A stretch of DNA of 64,000 bases from Acidobacteriota bacterium. GTDB lineage: Bacteria > Acidobacteriota > UBA890 > WLXD01. Under the pieces are notes generated by a model that was not told the origin of the DNA, ran no database searches, and saw only the letters and a list, made by a program, of their open reading frames with translations. The stretch lies in NCBI GenBank assembly GCA_965248695.1, contig CBDFKD010000002.1:1056001-1120000 (forward strand). Reading direction: 5' to 3'. A program made the translations under genes and the position numbers. Positions within the stretch are counted from its first letter, which is position 1, and each line of letters opens with the position of its first letter. This document shows, piece by piece, positions 42,865 to 54,045 of the stretch.

Positions 42865-45800
42865 TTGGGATCTGCCTCTGTCGTCCACTCCACCAGCGCC
42901 GCGCGGCGCATCGCCCACGCGCACAGCTGGCTGCGCGACGCGGCAGCGCGAGGCCCTGTCCTGGTCGTTTCGGCGACGCGCGGCGCCGCGGACGATTTCG
43001 TCCGCTCGATGCTGGAGCCTGGCGCCGGACTGTTCGGTGTTCACCGCGCGACTCCTGGCCGACTGGCCGCGGACCTGGCGGTGGCGTCGATGGCGCGGCG
43101 CGGTCTGGCGCCGGTCACGGGGCTCGGCATGGAGGCGCTGGCGGCGCGGGCTTCCGAGCGCTGCAGCCAGGAGGGTCTGCAGTACTTCGGACCCGTGGCC
43201 GACTATCCCGGGTTCCCGCGGGCGTTGCGGCGCACCCTCAACGAGCTGCGCCTGGCCGGAGCAGCGATCGATCAACTCGTCGACCTCGGCGAGGCCGGCT
43301 CTGACCTGCAACAGCTGGCGTCGACGTACGCCGGAGAGATCGAGCACTGGAACCTCGCCGATCCCTCGATTCTCTGGCGCCTGGCGCTCGAGGCAGTCGA
43401 TGGCGCGAAGCACGGTCTCGTGGGCATCCCGATGCTGTTGCTGGACCTCTCGCCCGGGAGCGCCCTGGAGCAGGAGACCTGGCATCGGCTGGCCGAACGC
43501 TCACCGGGCGCGCTGGCGACGGTGATCGGCGGCGATCGCCTGGCCCTCGAGTCGCTGTCGACGGCGTTTGGTGTTCGCGCCACCGAGCTCGACGACTTGG
43601 AGGCGGTTGGGGCGAGCCAGCTTGCTCGGCTGCGGAGCGCCGTGTTCGGCGAGGCGGCTGGCCCGCGTGCGGACCTCGACGAGACCTTCGAGATTGTCGC
43701 TGCCCCGGGCGAAGGCCGCGAGGCGGTCGAGGTCGTGCGCCGCATCCAGCGTCTGGCACGTGACGGCGTGCCGTTCGACCGCATGGCCGTCTTGCTCCGG
43801 GATCCGGGCGCTTACCTTGGCCTCGTCGAGGAGGCGATGCGTCGCGCCCGCGTTCCCGCCTGGTACACGCGAGGCACGGTGCGGCCTGACCCTGCCGGCC
43901 GCGCTTTTCTGGCTCTGCTCGCCTGTGCCGCAGACGACCTGTCGGCGTCGCGTTTCGCCGAGTATCTGTCGCTCGGTCAGTCGCCGCCGGCGCCGGCAGC
44001 ACAGGAGCCCGAGATCGAGGTGCCGTGGGTCGAGCCAGCTGGCGCACAACTGGTCTTCAAGACATTCGTCGCCGAGTCGACGAAGCCGGCACCAGAAGAG
44101 CCCGACGGCGACGGGCCCGTTGTCGCCGGCACGGTGCGCACACCACGCCGATGGGAGCAGCTACTCGTCGACGCCGCCGTCGTCGGTGGGCGCGATCGCT
44201 GGCAGCGCCGACTCGCCGGGGTGCGCGCTGAGCTCGAGGAACGACGTCGAGCGCTCGACGACCTGGACGAGACGCGTGACGAGCACCTCCGCGGGCAGAT
44301 CGACGCGCTCGCCAACCTCGAGGAGTTTGCCCTCCCGATCATCGACATCCTGGCGGCTCTGCCGGCGACGGCGCTGTGGGGCGACTGGCTCGTCGCGCTG
44401 CGTCGACTCGCCGCCGCGACCCTCCGCCGTGCCGACCGTGTGCTCGCCGTTCTCGGCGGTCTGGAGCCGATGGAAAGCGTCGGTCCGGTCGATCTCGCCG
44501 AGGTGTGCCGCGTCCTGGAAGAGCGACTCGCCTTCCTGCGGCACGAGCCGACAGGTCGACGCTACGGCAAGGTATTCGTTGCCACGATCGACGAGGCCAG
44601 AGGCCGCAACTTCGACGTCGTGTTCCTCCCCGGACTAGCCGAGGGGATCTTTCCGCGGCGCGCCAACGAGGATCCGCTGCTTCTGGACGACCTGCGCCGA
44701 CAGGTCGATGCGCCGCTGATGACTCAAGATGAGCGCTTCGACAACGAGCGACTGCTGCTCCGCATCGCTGTGGGTGCCGCCGCGCTGAAGCTGGTCGTGT
44801 CCTACCCGACACAAGACGTGTTGCAGGGCCGCGCCCGAGTGCCGAGCTTCTACGCCCTCGACATCGTCCGTGCCGCCGAAGGTCACCTTCCCGACACCCG
44901 CACGCTCGAGGAGCGTGCCGCCTCCGGGTCTGCCTCGTTGCTCGGCTGGCCGGCGCCGCGTGACGCCGAGGCTTCGATCGATGCTGCCGAGTTCGACATC
45001 TCCTATCTCGAGCCCATACTCACGCGTCCGGAAGGCGACGCCACCGGACGGGCTCGCTTTCTGCTCGACACCAACGAGCACCTGGCGCGTTCGCTACGTG
45101 CGCGCGCGCGTCGCTGGCGGCCGGGGTTCTTCGCCGCCGACGGTCTGGTAGACCCCGGTCCGGCGGCGCGTGCAGTGCTCGACCGTCACCGTCTGCAGGC
45201 GCGCAGCTATTCACCCACCGCGCTGCAGCGCTACGCCGTTTGCCCGTACCAGTTCTTCCTCTATGCGATTCAGCGCCTGCGCCCGCGCGAGGAGCCAGTG
45301 GCCCTCGAGCAGATGGATCCTCTGACCCGGGGCAGCTTGTTCCACGAAGTGCAGTACCTGCTGTTTCAACGGTTGCGCGAGACCGACAACCTGCCGATCT
45401 CGGCGGCGAATCGGGCCGACGCCATCACCGCTGCTGACGCCGCCCTGGACGAGCTTGCGGCGAGTTACTCCGAACGCTTGGCACCGGCCATCCCGCGCGT
45501 ATGGGACGACGAGGTCGAGGGCGTGCGCACGGATTTACGCGGCTGGATCCGCGAGGTCGCCGAGTCGGACGATGGCTGGGAGCCGTCGTTTTTCGAGTTC
45601 TCGTTCGGCCTCGGGCACGAGGCCGGGCGCGATCCACTGAGTCATCGTGAAGAGGCCGTTACCGCCGACGGTTATCGGCTGCGCGGCGCAATCGATCTGG
45701 TCGAGAACCAACCCGCACGCGAAGCGTGGCGGGTTACCGATCACAAGACTGGTCGGGCCCTGAGGGCGCGCTATGTCACGATCGGTGGAGGCGAAGTGCT

Positions 45801-46122
45801 CCAGCCGCTGCTGTACGCGCTGGCCGCCGAGCATCACCTCGAAGGCGACGTCGTTGCCGGTCGCCTCTTCTACTGCACGCGTCGCGGCGATTTTCAGGAA
45901 CGGGAGGTGGCGCTCAACGCCGAGAACCGGCTGAAGGTATCGCAAGCTCTCGGGATCATCGATACAGCCATCGCCGATGGCTTCCTTCCAGCCGCCCCGC
46001 GCGAGCGTGCCTGCGACTGGTGCGATTTCCGTTCCGTCTGCGGTCCCTACGAGGAGCTGCGCGTGCGGCGGAAGGACCAGCGACCGCTCGCCAGCCTGCG
46101 AATGCTTCGAGGTGCCGGGTGA
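42865..46122 (+). CDS. addB: ATP-dependent helicase/nuclease subunit B (AddB/RexB-like)
   Basis: Inactive helicase-like body, YSPTALQRYAVCPYQFF, RGAIDLV..TDHKTG nuclease, CDWCDFRSVC Fe-S staple; start uncertain. Confidence 0.85.
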   Translation: MGSASVVHSTSAARRIAHAHSWLRDAAARGPVLVVSATRGAADDFVRSMLEPGAGLFGVHRATPGRLAADLAVASMARRGLAPVTGLGMEALAARASERCSQEGLQYFGPVADYPGFPRALRRTLNELRLAGAAIDQLVDLGEAGSDLQQLASTYAGEIEHWNLADPSILWRLALEAVDGAKHGLVGIPMLLLDLSPGSALEQETWHRLAERSPGALATVIGGDRLALESLSTAFGVRATELDDLEAVGASQLARLRSAVFGEAAGPRADLDETFEIVAAPGEGREAVEVVRRIQRLARDGVPFDRMAVLLRDPGAYLGLVEEAMRRARVPAWYTRGTVRPDPAGRAFLALLACAADDLSASRFAEYLSLGQSPPAPAAQEPEIEVPWVEPAGAQLVFKTFVAESTKPAPEEPDGDGPVVAGTVRTPRRWEQLLVDAAVVGGRDRWQRRLAGVRAELEERRRALDDLDETRDEHLRGQIDALANLEEFALPIIDILAALPATALWGDWLVALRRLAAATLRRADRVLAVLGGLEPMESVGPVDLAEVCRVLEERLAFLRHEPTGRRYGKVFVATIDEARGRNFDVVFLPGLAEGIFPRRANEDPLLLDDLRRQVDAPLMTQDERFDNERLLLRIAVGAAALKLVVSYPTQDVLQGRARVPSFYALDIVRAAEGHLPDTRTLEERAASGSASLLGWPAPRDAEASIDAAEFDISYLEPILTRPEGDATGRARFLLDTNEHLARSLRARARRWRPGFFAADGLVDPGPAARAVLDRHRLQARSYSPTALQRYAVCPYQFFLYAIQRLRPREEPVALEQMDPLTRGSLFHEVQYLLFQRLRETDNLPISAANRADAITAADAALDELAASYSERLAPAIPRVWDDEVEGVRTDLRGWIREVAESDDGWEPSFFEFSFGLGHEAGRDPLSHREEAVTADGYRLRGAIDLVENQPAREAWRVTDHKTGRALRARYVTIGGGEVLQPLLYALAAEHHLEGDVVAGRLFYCTRRGDFQEREVALNAENRLKVSQALGIIDTAIADGFLPAAPRERACDWCDFRSVCGPYEELRVRRKDQRPLASLRMLRGAG

Positions 46123-49100
46123 CCGACGTCGTCGACGATTCGGCAGCGCGCGAGCGTATTCGCGGCGACCTGACACGCAGCTACCTGGTCGAGGCTGCGG
46201 CCGGTACCGGCAAGACTACGATCCTCGTCGCGCGCCTGGTCAACGCGCTGGCGGCCGGGGCACGCATCGAGGCAGTAGTGGCGGTGACCTTCACCCGCAA
46301 GGCTGCCGGCGAGCTCAAGCTTCGGCTGCGCCAGGAACTGGACCGGGCGCGCGCCTCCGAGACCGACGAGGCGCGTCGGTGTTGCCTCGCCGACGCCATC
46401 GCCCGGCTGGAGGAAGCCAGCATCGGCACAATCCATTCGTTCTGCGCCGAGATCCTGCGCCAGCGACCGGTAGAGGCCAAGATCGATCCGGCATTCGGAG
46501 AGATCGACGACGAGCAGGCCGCGACGATTTACCACCGCGCGTTTCGGACCTGGATCGAGCGTCGGCTGAGCGAGATGCCGGAGGGGCTCCGGCGCGCGTT
46601 CAGTCGCCTGGCGGTACGCCCTTCGTTCGATGGATCGACACCGATGGACCGCCTGCGTGACGCTGGCCAACGCCTGCTCGAATGGCGTGACTACCCGGAG
46701 AAATGGGAGCGTCGCCCCTACGACCGGAAGGCGATGATCGATCTGGAGATCGAACGCGTCGCCGCCGTGGCGATGCTCTATCACGAGTGTCGCAGGACCG
46801 ATGATCCGCTGCGCCGGGCGATCGCGCCAGCGGAGCAACTCGACACCTGGATCAGGCGTTCGGAAGATGTGGCGCCGCGCCGTGACTACGACGCGCTCGA
46901 GGCGCGTGTCCTCGACACGCTGCGTGAGCTGCGCCGAGGCCGACGACAGAAGGGGCGTGGTACCTGGGCAGCGGAGGGCGTCTCCCGCGCCGAGGTGGCG
47001 CGCCGGCGCGACGCGTTGATCGAAAGTCTGGAGGAGTTCGAGCGTCACGCCGACGCCGATCTCGCGGCGCTGCTGCGCGACGAGCTCGGTGAAGTGGTCG
47101 AGGCGTACGGGCGTCTCAAGCGAGATGCCGGCCAGCTCGATTTTCTCGACTTGCTGATCCGAACGCGCGATCTGGTGCGCGAGAACACCGCGGTGCGTCG
47201 ATACCTGCAAAGCAGGTTCCGCCACATTTTTGTCGACGAGTTCCAGGACACGGATCCGTTGCAGGTGGAGATTCTGCTGTTGCTTGCCGCCGGCGATGCG
47301 GACGTCTCCGACTGGCGCAACGCCACGCCGGCGCCAGGGAAGCTCTTTCTCGTGGGTGATCCGAAGCAGTCGATCTACCGATTCCGCCGTGCCGACGTCG
47401 TGCTCTACGAACAGATCAAGGAAACGCTGCGCCGCCAGGGCGTCGCCTTCGAAAGGCTGACCCGCAGCTGGCGATCGGTGCAGCCGCTGCAGGAGAGCGT
47501 GAACCAGGCGTTCAGCAGGTTGATGACCGGGGATCGCGAGGCGGGTCAGCCCGACTATGTGCCGCTGGCGAACCATCGCCAACCGATCGACGGTCAACCG
47601 GCGGTGGTGGCGCTGCCGGTGCCGGAGCCCTACGGGCAGTACCGCATCACCAAGTGGGAGGTGGACCGCGGTCTCCCGGACGTGGTCGCGGCGTGGATCT
47701 CGTGGCTGCTGACGGAGAGCGGTTGGCAGGTCGACAATCCCGATCAGCCCGGCGATTTGGTGGCGATCCGACCGCGCCATATCGCGATTCTCTTCCGGCG
47801 ATTTCTGTCCTGGCGCAGCGACGTGACTCGACCCTACCTGGCGGCCCTGGAGGCCCGCGGCATTCCGCACTTGCTTTCCGGGGGTCGCTCGTTCCACCAG
47901 CGCGAAGAAGTCGAAATACTTCGGGCGGCGCTGCTCGCGGTGGAGTGGCCCGACGATGAGCTGTCGGTGTTCGCTACCCTCAAGGGCGGCCTGTTCGCCA
48001 TTCCCGACGCGGCGCTGCTGCGATTTCGCCAAGAGATCGGACGGCTCTATCCGTTCCGGCGCGATGATCCCGAGCTCGACGACGAGCTCGCGCCGATCGG
48101 TGTGGCTTTGTCGTTGCTCGGCAAGCTGCACCGCGGGCGCAATCGGATACCGATCGCGCAGACGATTCTCGAGCTGCTGGAGGCGACGCGCGCGCACGCG
48201 GGATTCGCCATGCGGCCCGCGGGCAATCAAGTCCTGGCGAACGTGCAGCGCGTGTGCGACCTGGCGCGCGCCTTCGAGCTACGCGGGGGTATCTCCTTCC
48301 GTGGTTTCGTTCGTCGGCTCAGCGCCGAGGCCGAGAGGGCGGGCTCGACCGAGTCGCCGGTTCTCGAGGAGGGCGCCGAGGGCGTGCGCGTGATGACGGT
48401 TCACGGCGCCAAGGGCCTGGAGTTCCCGGTCGTCATCTTCGCGGACATCACCGCCAACCTGACGCACATGACGCCGTCCACACACATTGATCCCGAGCGC
48501 GAGCTGAGCGCCACGCGTCTCCTCGGGTGCTCGCCGTGGGAGCTGGTCGAGAACGCCGACCGTGAGCGCGGACGGGATGCAGCGGAAGCGGTGCGGGTCG
48601 CGTACGTGGCGGCGACGCGCGCTCGTGATCTGCTCGTGGTTCCAACCGTCGGCGACCACGCTTGGGAGGACGGTTGGGCGTCGCCCTTGAACCCGGCCAT
48701 CTACCCGCCGCGCGAAAACTATCGGCGCAGCGCGCCCGCTCCGGGCTGTCCGGAGTTCGGCGATCGCAGCGTGCTGGCGCGGCCGCATCCTGCACCGGGC
48801 GCGGCCGAGATCTCCGTGCGTCCCGGTCTCCATACATCCGACTGCGGCACCCCCGTCGTTTGGTGGGACCCAGCCCTGCTGGCAGTGGACGTACCGCGGA
48901 CCTTCGGGCTGCATCAGGAGCTTCTGCTTGCCCCCGATGAAGCCGCGGGCGGCGTTGCTGCTGCCGCCGGTGCGGCGAGGCACGACGAATGGCGGCAAGG
49001 TCTCGAAGCAGCGATCGATCGCGGATCCCGACCCGAGCGCACCGTGACGCTCGTCTCGGAGGTCGATACGCCGCCGGATGTCGAGGCCGAGGTGGTCGTC

Positions 49101-49559
49101 GAGCATGTCGAGCGGAGCGCCGACCGACCGAGCGGACGCCGGTTCGGCACGCTCGTGCATACCGTCCTACGGGATGTGCCCTACGCCGCCGACGAGCCTG
49201 TCGTTGCCGGTTTCGTTCGCGTTCACGGCCGCACGCTGGGTGCATCGCTGCCGGAGATGGACGCCGCCACGAACGCCGTGTGTGGTGTTCTCCGGCACCC
49301 GTTGCTGAGCGCGGCCGCCGCGGCGACGCAGTGCTACCGCGAGGTTCCGTTCACGGTTTGTCCGCAGGAGGGGCAGGTTGTCGAAGGGATCATCGATCTG
49401 ATCTTCGATAGTGGCGATGGTTGGACCATCGTTGACTTCAAGACCGACGCGCTGACCGACGATCTGCTCGAGCGCTACCGGCCGCAGGCACTTTGGTACG
49501 TACACGCCGCCAGGTCGCTGCTCGACGGTGACGCTCGCGCTGTGCTGCTGAGCGTGTAG
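46119..49559 (+). CDS. addA: ATP-dependent helicase/nuclease subunit A (AddA/RexA-like UvrD helicase)
   Basis: AAAGTGKT, TFTRKAAGEL, VDEFQDT, VGDPKQSIYRFR, MTVHGAKGLEF, YVAATRAR, GIIDL..VDFKT; GTGA overlap with addB. Confidence 0.92.
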   Translation: MTDVVDDSAARERIRGDLTRSYLVEAAAGTGKTTILVARLVNALAAGARIEAVVAVTFTRKAAGELKLRLRQELDRARASETDEARRCCLADAIARLEEASIGTIHSFCAEILRQRPVEAKIDPAFGEIDDEQAATIYHRAFRTWIERRLSEMPEGLRRAFSRLAVRPSFDGSTPMDRLRDAGQRLLEWRDYPEKWERRPYDRKAMIDLEIERVAAVAMLYHECRRTDDPLRRAIAPAEQLDTWIRRSEDVAPRRDYDALEARVLDTLRELRRGRRQKGRGTWAAEGVSRAEVARRRDALIESLEEFERHADADLAALLRDELGEVVEAYGRLKRDAGQLDFLDLLIRTRDLVRENTAVRRYLQSRFRHIFVDEFQDTDPLQVEILLLLAAGDADVSDWRNATPAPGKLFLVGDPKQSIYRFRRADVVLYEQIKETLRRQGVAFERLTRSWRSVQPLQESVNQAFSRLMTGDREAGQPDYVPLANHRQPIDGQPAVVALPVPEPYGQYRITKWEVDRGLPDVVAAWISWLLTESGWQVDNPDQPGDLVAIRPRHIAILFRRFLSWRSDVTRPYLAALEARGIPHLLSGGRSFHQREEVEILRAALLAVEWPDDELSVFATLKGGLFAIPDAALLRFRQEIGRLYPFRRDDPELDDELAPIGVALSLLGKLHRGRNRIPIAQTILELLEATRAHAGFAMRPAGNQVLANVQRVCDLARAFELRGGISFRGFVRRLSAEAERAGSTESPVLEEGAEGVRVMTVHGAKGLEFPVVIFADITANLTHMTPSTHIDPERELSATRLLGCSPWELVENADRERGRDAAEAVRVAYVAATRARDLLVVPTVGDHAWEDGWASPLNPAIYPPRENYRRSAPAPGCPEFGDRSVLARPHPAPGAAEISVRPGLHTSDCGTPVVWWDPALLAVDVPRTFGLHQELLLAPDEAAGGVAAAAGAARHDEWRQGLEAAIDRGSRPERTVTLVSEVDTPPDVEAEVVVEHVERSADRPSGRRFGTLVHTVLRDVPYAADEPVVAGFVRVHGRTLGASLPEMDAATNAVCGVLRHPLLSAAAAATQCYREVPFTVCPQEGQVVEGIIDLIFDSGDGWTIVDFKTDALTDDLLERYRPQALWYVHAARSLLDGDARAVLLSV

Positions 49560-49646
49560 TGCCGCCGTGGGCGGCACCGACAACGTGGGAAGATGCGGCG
49601 CCGATACGCCGGACTACCCCGCAACCGGTAACGAGAGGACGCCGCC

Positions 49647-52600
49647 ATGTCGCTATTCCCCTGTTGCAGGCCACCAGTATCGTCCACCGCTGAGATCGAT
49701 CGCCTGCGTCGCTCCAGTGAGGCGACGTCGCGCCGCGACAGTGCAGCACGACCGGCGGTCGTTCTTGCCGCGCTGTCCGTGCTGCTGGTCACCGCCGCTC
49801 TCGGCTCGAGCGTCGGACAGCAGCAGGACGCCCAGCTGGACAGCGAGGCACTCGCCGGTCTCGAGCTGCGCACCATCGGGCCGGCGGCGATGTCCGGGCG
49901 ACTCGTCGACATCGCGGTGGTCGAGAGCGACCCGTTTACTTTCTACGTTGCCTCCGCAACTGGCGGTGTTTGGAAGACCACGAACAACGGGGTCACCTTC
50001 GATCCTGTGTTCGAGAGCGAGTCGACGCATTCCGTGGGCGATATCGCAGTCAGCCAGCAGCGCCCCGACACCGTATGGGTCGGTACCGGTGAGCGCGCCA
50101 ATCGCCAGAGCTCGTCCTGGGGCGACGGTGTCTACAGGTCGACCGATGCCGGCGAGACGTGGACCAATATGGGGTTGCGGGACACCCAGCACATCGGCCG
50201 CATCGTGTTGCATCCCGGGAACGAAGACGTGGTGTATGTCGCCGCGCTCGGTCACCTCTGGGGCGCGAACGACGAGCGCGGCGTCTATCGCAGCAACGAC
50301 GGCGGTATCACCTGGCGCCGGATACTCAGCGTCGACGAGGACACCGGGGCGGTGGACCTGGCGCTCGATCCGAGCAACCCGGACGTCCTGTTTGCCGCCA
50401 TGTATCAGCGCCGGCGCACTCCGTACGCGTTTCACGGTAGTGGTCCCGGGAGCGGTCTGTATCGGACCACCGACGGCGGTGACACATGGACGGAGCTGAC
50501 CGCGGCACGCATCGATGCGGATGCTGCTGCCCATCCGGACCATCCGGACGGCACGCTCGTGAACGGGCTCCCGGCCGGCGAGTATGGACGTATCGGTCTG
50601 TCTATCTATCGGACCGATCCGCGGATCGTCTACGTGACCATCGAACAGGGTGATCGTTACACCGCGTCTACGTCGTACGAAGGCGAGCGCTATGCCGGCA
50701 TCTATCGTTCGGAGGACCACGGCGACACCTGGAAGCACATCAGCGACTGGAACCCGCGACCGATGTACGCCAGCCAGATCCTCGTCGATCCCAGCGACGA
50801 TCAGCGCGTGTACCAGCAGAACGCGTTCAGCTGGTCGGATGATGGTGGACGTACCTGGACGGTGCCTCGCCAGTCGATCCACAGCGATGATCGCCACCTG
50901 TGGGTCAACCCGAACGACTCGCGCCATCTGATCAAGGCCAGCGACGGTGCGCTGGGCATCTCTTACGACCGCGGCGAGACCTGGCTGTGGGCCTCACACC
51001 TGCCGGTGAGCCAGTACTACCGCGTAGCTGTCGACAACGACGATCCGTACAACATCTACGGTGGGCTGCAGGACAACGGAACGTGGGTAGGCCCGAACGA
51101 GACGTTCCGCACCGAGGGCGTCCTCAACGAAGCTTGGGTCCGAATCGGCGGCGGTGACGGATTTCTCTCGATCCCTGACCCGGCAGACCCGACCGTCGCG
51201 TACGCGGAATCGCAGTACCTCGGCCTCACGCGAGTGGATCGGACCACGCTCGAGCGGCGCGCGATTCGCCCCGGGAATCCGCGCGGCTACACGTTCAGCC
51301 GTCGGATCTGGCGCCTGTACGGAACCGGGGCCGAGCCACGACTGCTGGAAGAGGAGATGGAGCCGGCAAACTGGAACGGACCCTACCTGCTGTCGCTGCA
51401 CGACCCGGCGACGCTCTACGCCGGCACCCACAACCTCTACGTGAGCCGGGATCAGGGATCCACGTGGCGCGATCTCGGGCGCATGAGCAACGAGTGGGAA
51501 CGCTCCGAAGTGCAGGTCATGGGTCAGGATCCTACGGCGCGGGTAGCATCGCTCGACGACGGTGTTCCTTACTACGCCACGCTCACGGTGATCGCCGAGT
51601 CGCCGCTGCGCGAGGGGCTTCTGTATGTCGGTACTGACGACGGTAACGTGCAAGTGACCCTGGACGATGGCGAGTCCTGGACCAACCTCGCCGACCGTTT
51701 CCCGGGCCTGCCACCGCGTACCTGGGTTGCCGATCTGGACCCGTCGCCGCATCACGAAGCCACGGTGCTTGCGGCGTTCGATGGCCACCGCGCCGATGAC
51801 CACACCAACTACATCTATCGGTCGGATGACTACGGGGAGACCTGGAGGTCTGTGGTCGCCGACATGCCGGCAGATCGGGTTGTCCGTGCGGTACAGCAAG
51901 ACGCGGTCAATTCCGACCTGCTGTACGCCGCCACCGAGCTCGGCTTCTTCGTGTCGATTGACGCAGGCGCGCACTGGGTCGAGCTCGAAAGCAACATGCC
52001 GACGCTGGCCTTCAACGATTTCGTGGTCCATCCGCGCGACCGTGACCTGGTGTTGGGCACACACGGTCGGGGCATCTGGATCCTGGACAGTGTTACCTCC
52101 CTCCGCGAGTTGACGGCGGATGTGGTCGCGTCGCCGTCCCATTTGTTCTCGATCGACCCGGCGCGGATGATGCGCCGCCACGGAACGCGGGCACAGACCG
52201 GCGACATGGTGTTCCGTGGTGCGAACCCGCCGAACGGTGCCCTCATCGATTACTGGCTCAGCGAGGCAGTTGCAGAGCCGTCGGTGTCCGAACCAGAAGA
52301 GAGTGGCGTCAATGCATCGGCGGAGAGTGATGTCGATGCGCCGGCGTCGGCAGACGATGGCGGAGACGTCCCAGTGAACCTGACCGTTGTCGACGCCTCC
52401 GGCGCGACCGTACGGACTCTCGAGCCAGGCCTCCGCCGCGGCATGAATCGCGTCGTCTGGAACCTTCGTGGCGCGGCCCTTCCGCTGATGGCGCGCGTCG
52501 CAGACGCGCCCGACCCGGCACGCGCGGACAGCCCCCGGCCCGCCACGCCGCCGTCCGGAGCGCTCGTGGTGCCCGGTACATACACCGTTCGGCTAGCGGT

Positions 52601-53006
52601 CAACGGCGCGGTGCATGAACGCATGGTAGAGGTGCGCGACGATCCGCGATTGCGCGTCAGCGCCACGGCGCGACGCAGCTGGACGACGCTTCAGAACGAC
52701 CTCGGCGAGCTGTATCGCGAAGCGAACGCACTTGCCGCCGAGGTCATCGCGCGCCATTCGCCGGCGGCGAGCCAGGAAGGCAACGCGGAAGCGGAATCGG
52801 AAGCGCGGGCGTTGTCGGAGCCCGAGGAGGTCACCATCCTGCGGGAGCAACTCGAGCAGCTGCAAACGCGGATCCTGGGACTTCGACGACAGATCGCGGG
52901 ATGGACGGGCTCGCCGACTGCCGACCAGCGCGCCCAGAGAGGCTACTACAGCGAGGCGCTGCGCCAGCTGACGGTGCGCTGGGGCGATCTGACCGGCGCC
53001 AGTTGA
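49647..53006 (+). CDS. VPS10/BNR (Asp-box) repeat secreted glycosyl-hydrolase-like protein
   Basis: RTIGPAAMSGR, many SxDxGxTW Asp boxes, GGLQDNG, GTHGRGIWILD, C-terminal coiled coil; start uncertain. Confidence 0.88.
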   Translation: MSLFPCCRPPVSSTAEIDRLRRSSEATSRRDSAARPAVVLAALSVLLVTAALGSSVGQQQDAQLDSEALAGLELRTIGPAAMSGRLVDIAVVESDPFTFYVASATGGVWKTTNNGVTFDPVFESESTHSVGDIAVSQQRPDTVWVGTGERANRQSSSWGDGVYRSTDAGETWTNMGLRDTQHIGRIVLHPGNEDVVYVAALGHLWGANDERGVYRSNDGGITWRRILSVDEDTGAVDLALDPSNPDVLFAAMYQRRRTPYAFHGSGPGSGLYRTTDGGDTWTELTAARIDADAAAHPDHPDGTLVNGLPAGEYGRIGLSIYRTDPRIVYVTIEQGDRYTASTSYEGERYAGIYRSEDHGDTWKHISDWNPRPMYASQILVDPSDDQRVYQQNAFSWSDDGGRTWTVPRQSIHSDDRHLWVNPNDSRHLIKASDGALGISYDRGETWLWASHLPVSQYYRVAVDNDDPYNIYGGLQDNGTWVGPNETFRTEGVLNEAWVRIGGGDGFLSIPDPADPTVAYAESQYLGLTRVDRTTLERRAIRPGNPRGYTFSRRIWRLYGTGAEPRLLEEEMEPANWNGPYLLSLHDPATLYAGTHNLYVSRDQGSTWRDLGRMSNEWERSEVQVMGQDPTARVASLDDGVPYYATLTVIAESPLREGLLYVGTDDGNVQVTLDDGESWTNLADRFPGLPPRTWVADLDPSPHHEATVLAAFDGHRADDHTNYIYRSDDYGETWRSVVADMPADRVVRAVQQDAVNSDLLYAATELGFFVSIDAGAHWVELESNMPTLAFNDFVVHPRDRDLVLGTHGRGIWILDSVTSLRELTADVVASPSHLFSIDPARMMRRHGTRAQTGDMVFRGANPPNGALIDYWLSEAVAEPSVSEPEESGVNASAESDVDAPASADDGGDVPVNLTVVDASGATVRTLEPGLRRGMNRVVWNLRGAALPLMARVADAPDPARADSPRPATPPSGALVVPGTYTVRLAVNGAVHERMVEVRDDPRLRVSATARRSWTTLQNDLGELYREANALAAEVIARHSPAASQEGNAEAESEARALSEPEEVTILREQLEQLQTRILGLRRQIAGWTGSPTADQRAQRGYYSEALRQLTVRWGDLTGAS

Positions 53007-53070
53007 CCGGAGCTGCGCCCGGTGTCGGTCGGACAATCGACACGGCGGGTCGAGCTGAGGCGATGGTCGA

Positions 53071-53943
53071 TCAGAAGATCGTGTCGTTGAGCAGCGTTCG
53101 GAGGTAGCGCCCGTACTCCGAGTTGCCCATTGGCGTCGCCAGTTGACCCAGCTGCTGCCGGTCGATGAACTTCATCCGGAAGGCGATCTCTTCCGGGCAG
53201 CAGATCTTCAGGCCTTGCCGTTTCTCGATGGCGCGGATGTAGACGGCCGCGTCCATCAAGGCGTCGAACTTGCCGGTGTCGAGCCAGGCGAAACCGCGTC
53301 CGAGGATCTCCACGTGGAGTTGGTCCGCTGCGAGGTAGGCTCGATTGACGTCGGTGATCTCGAGCTCGCCGCGCTCCGATGGCGTCAGGCCGGCGGCGAT
53401 CTCGCTGACCTTCGAATCGTAGAAGTAGAGTCCGGTTACTGCGTAGCGCGACCTCGGTTGGCTCGGTTTCTCCTCGATGCTGACGGCGACGCCGTCGCGA
53501 AACTCGACCACCCCGTAGCGCTCCGGATCGTTCACCGCGTACGCGAACACGGTCGCTCCCACAGCACGCTCCGCCGCTTGTCGGAGCTGGGCGGAGAAAT
53601 CGTGTCCATAGAAGATGTTGTCGCCGAGGATCAGCGCACACGCATCACCGCCGACGAAGTCGCTGCCGATGATGAAGGCTTGCGCCAGCCCTTCGGGCCG
53701 CGGCTGTACGGCGTACTGGAGGTTGATACCCCAGCCGGATCCGTCGCCTAGCAGGGACTGGAAGAGTGGCGTGTGCTCCGGGGTCGAGATGATGAGAACG
53801 TCACGAATACCTGCCAGCATGAGAGTCGATAGCGGGTAGTAGATCATCGGCTTGTCGTAGACCGGCAACAGCTGCTTGGACAGCGCCGTTGTCAACGGGG
53901 CCAGCCGCGTGCCGGAGCCGCCGGCGAGAATGATCCCTTTCAT
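53071..53943 (-). CDS. rfbA: Glucose-1-phosphate thymidylyltransferase
   Basis: [45 protein letters not shown]. Confidence 0.97.
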   Translation of the reverse strand: MKGIILAGGSGTRLAPLTTALSKQLLPVYDKPMIYYPLSTLMLAGIRDVLIISTPEHTPLFQSLLGDGSGWGINLQYAVQPRPEGLAQAFIIGSDFVGGDACALILGDNIFYGHDFSAQLRQAAERAVGATVFAYAVNDPERYGVVEFRDGVAVSIEEKPSQPRSRYAVTGLYFYDSKVSEIAAGLTPSERGELEITDVNRAYLAADQLHVEILGRGFAWLDTGKFDALMDAAVYIRAIEKRQGLKICCPEEIAFRMKFIDRQQLGQLATPMGNSEYGRYLRTLLNDTIF

Positions 53944-54045
53944 CGCTGCTCGTGTCCCGTTGCTCGGAATCGACAGTGCGGGACAAAGTCCGCATCTGCG
54001 GTCGTCGACCGGGCGCCATTATAACGGCGTTGCTGGCGGTGCCGG

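Noticed and set aside
42865-49559. Helicase-nuclease pair as a novel defence system
   Set aside because: Motifs and order match housekeeping AddAB recombination repair
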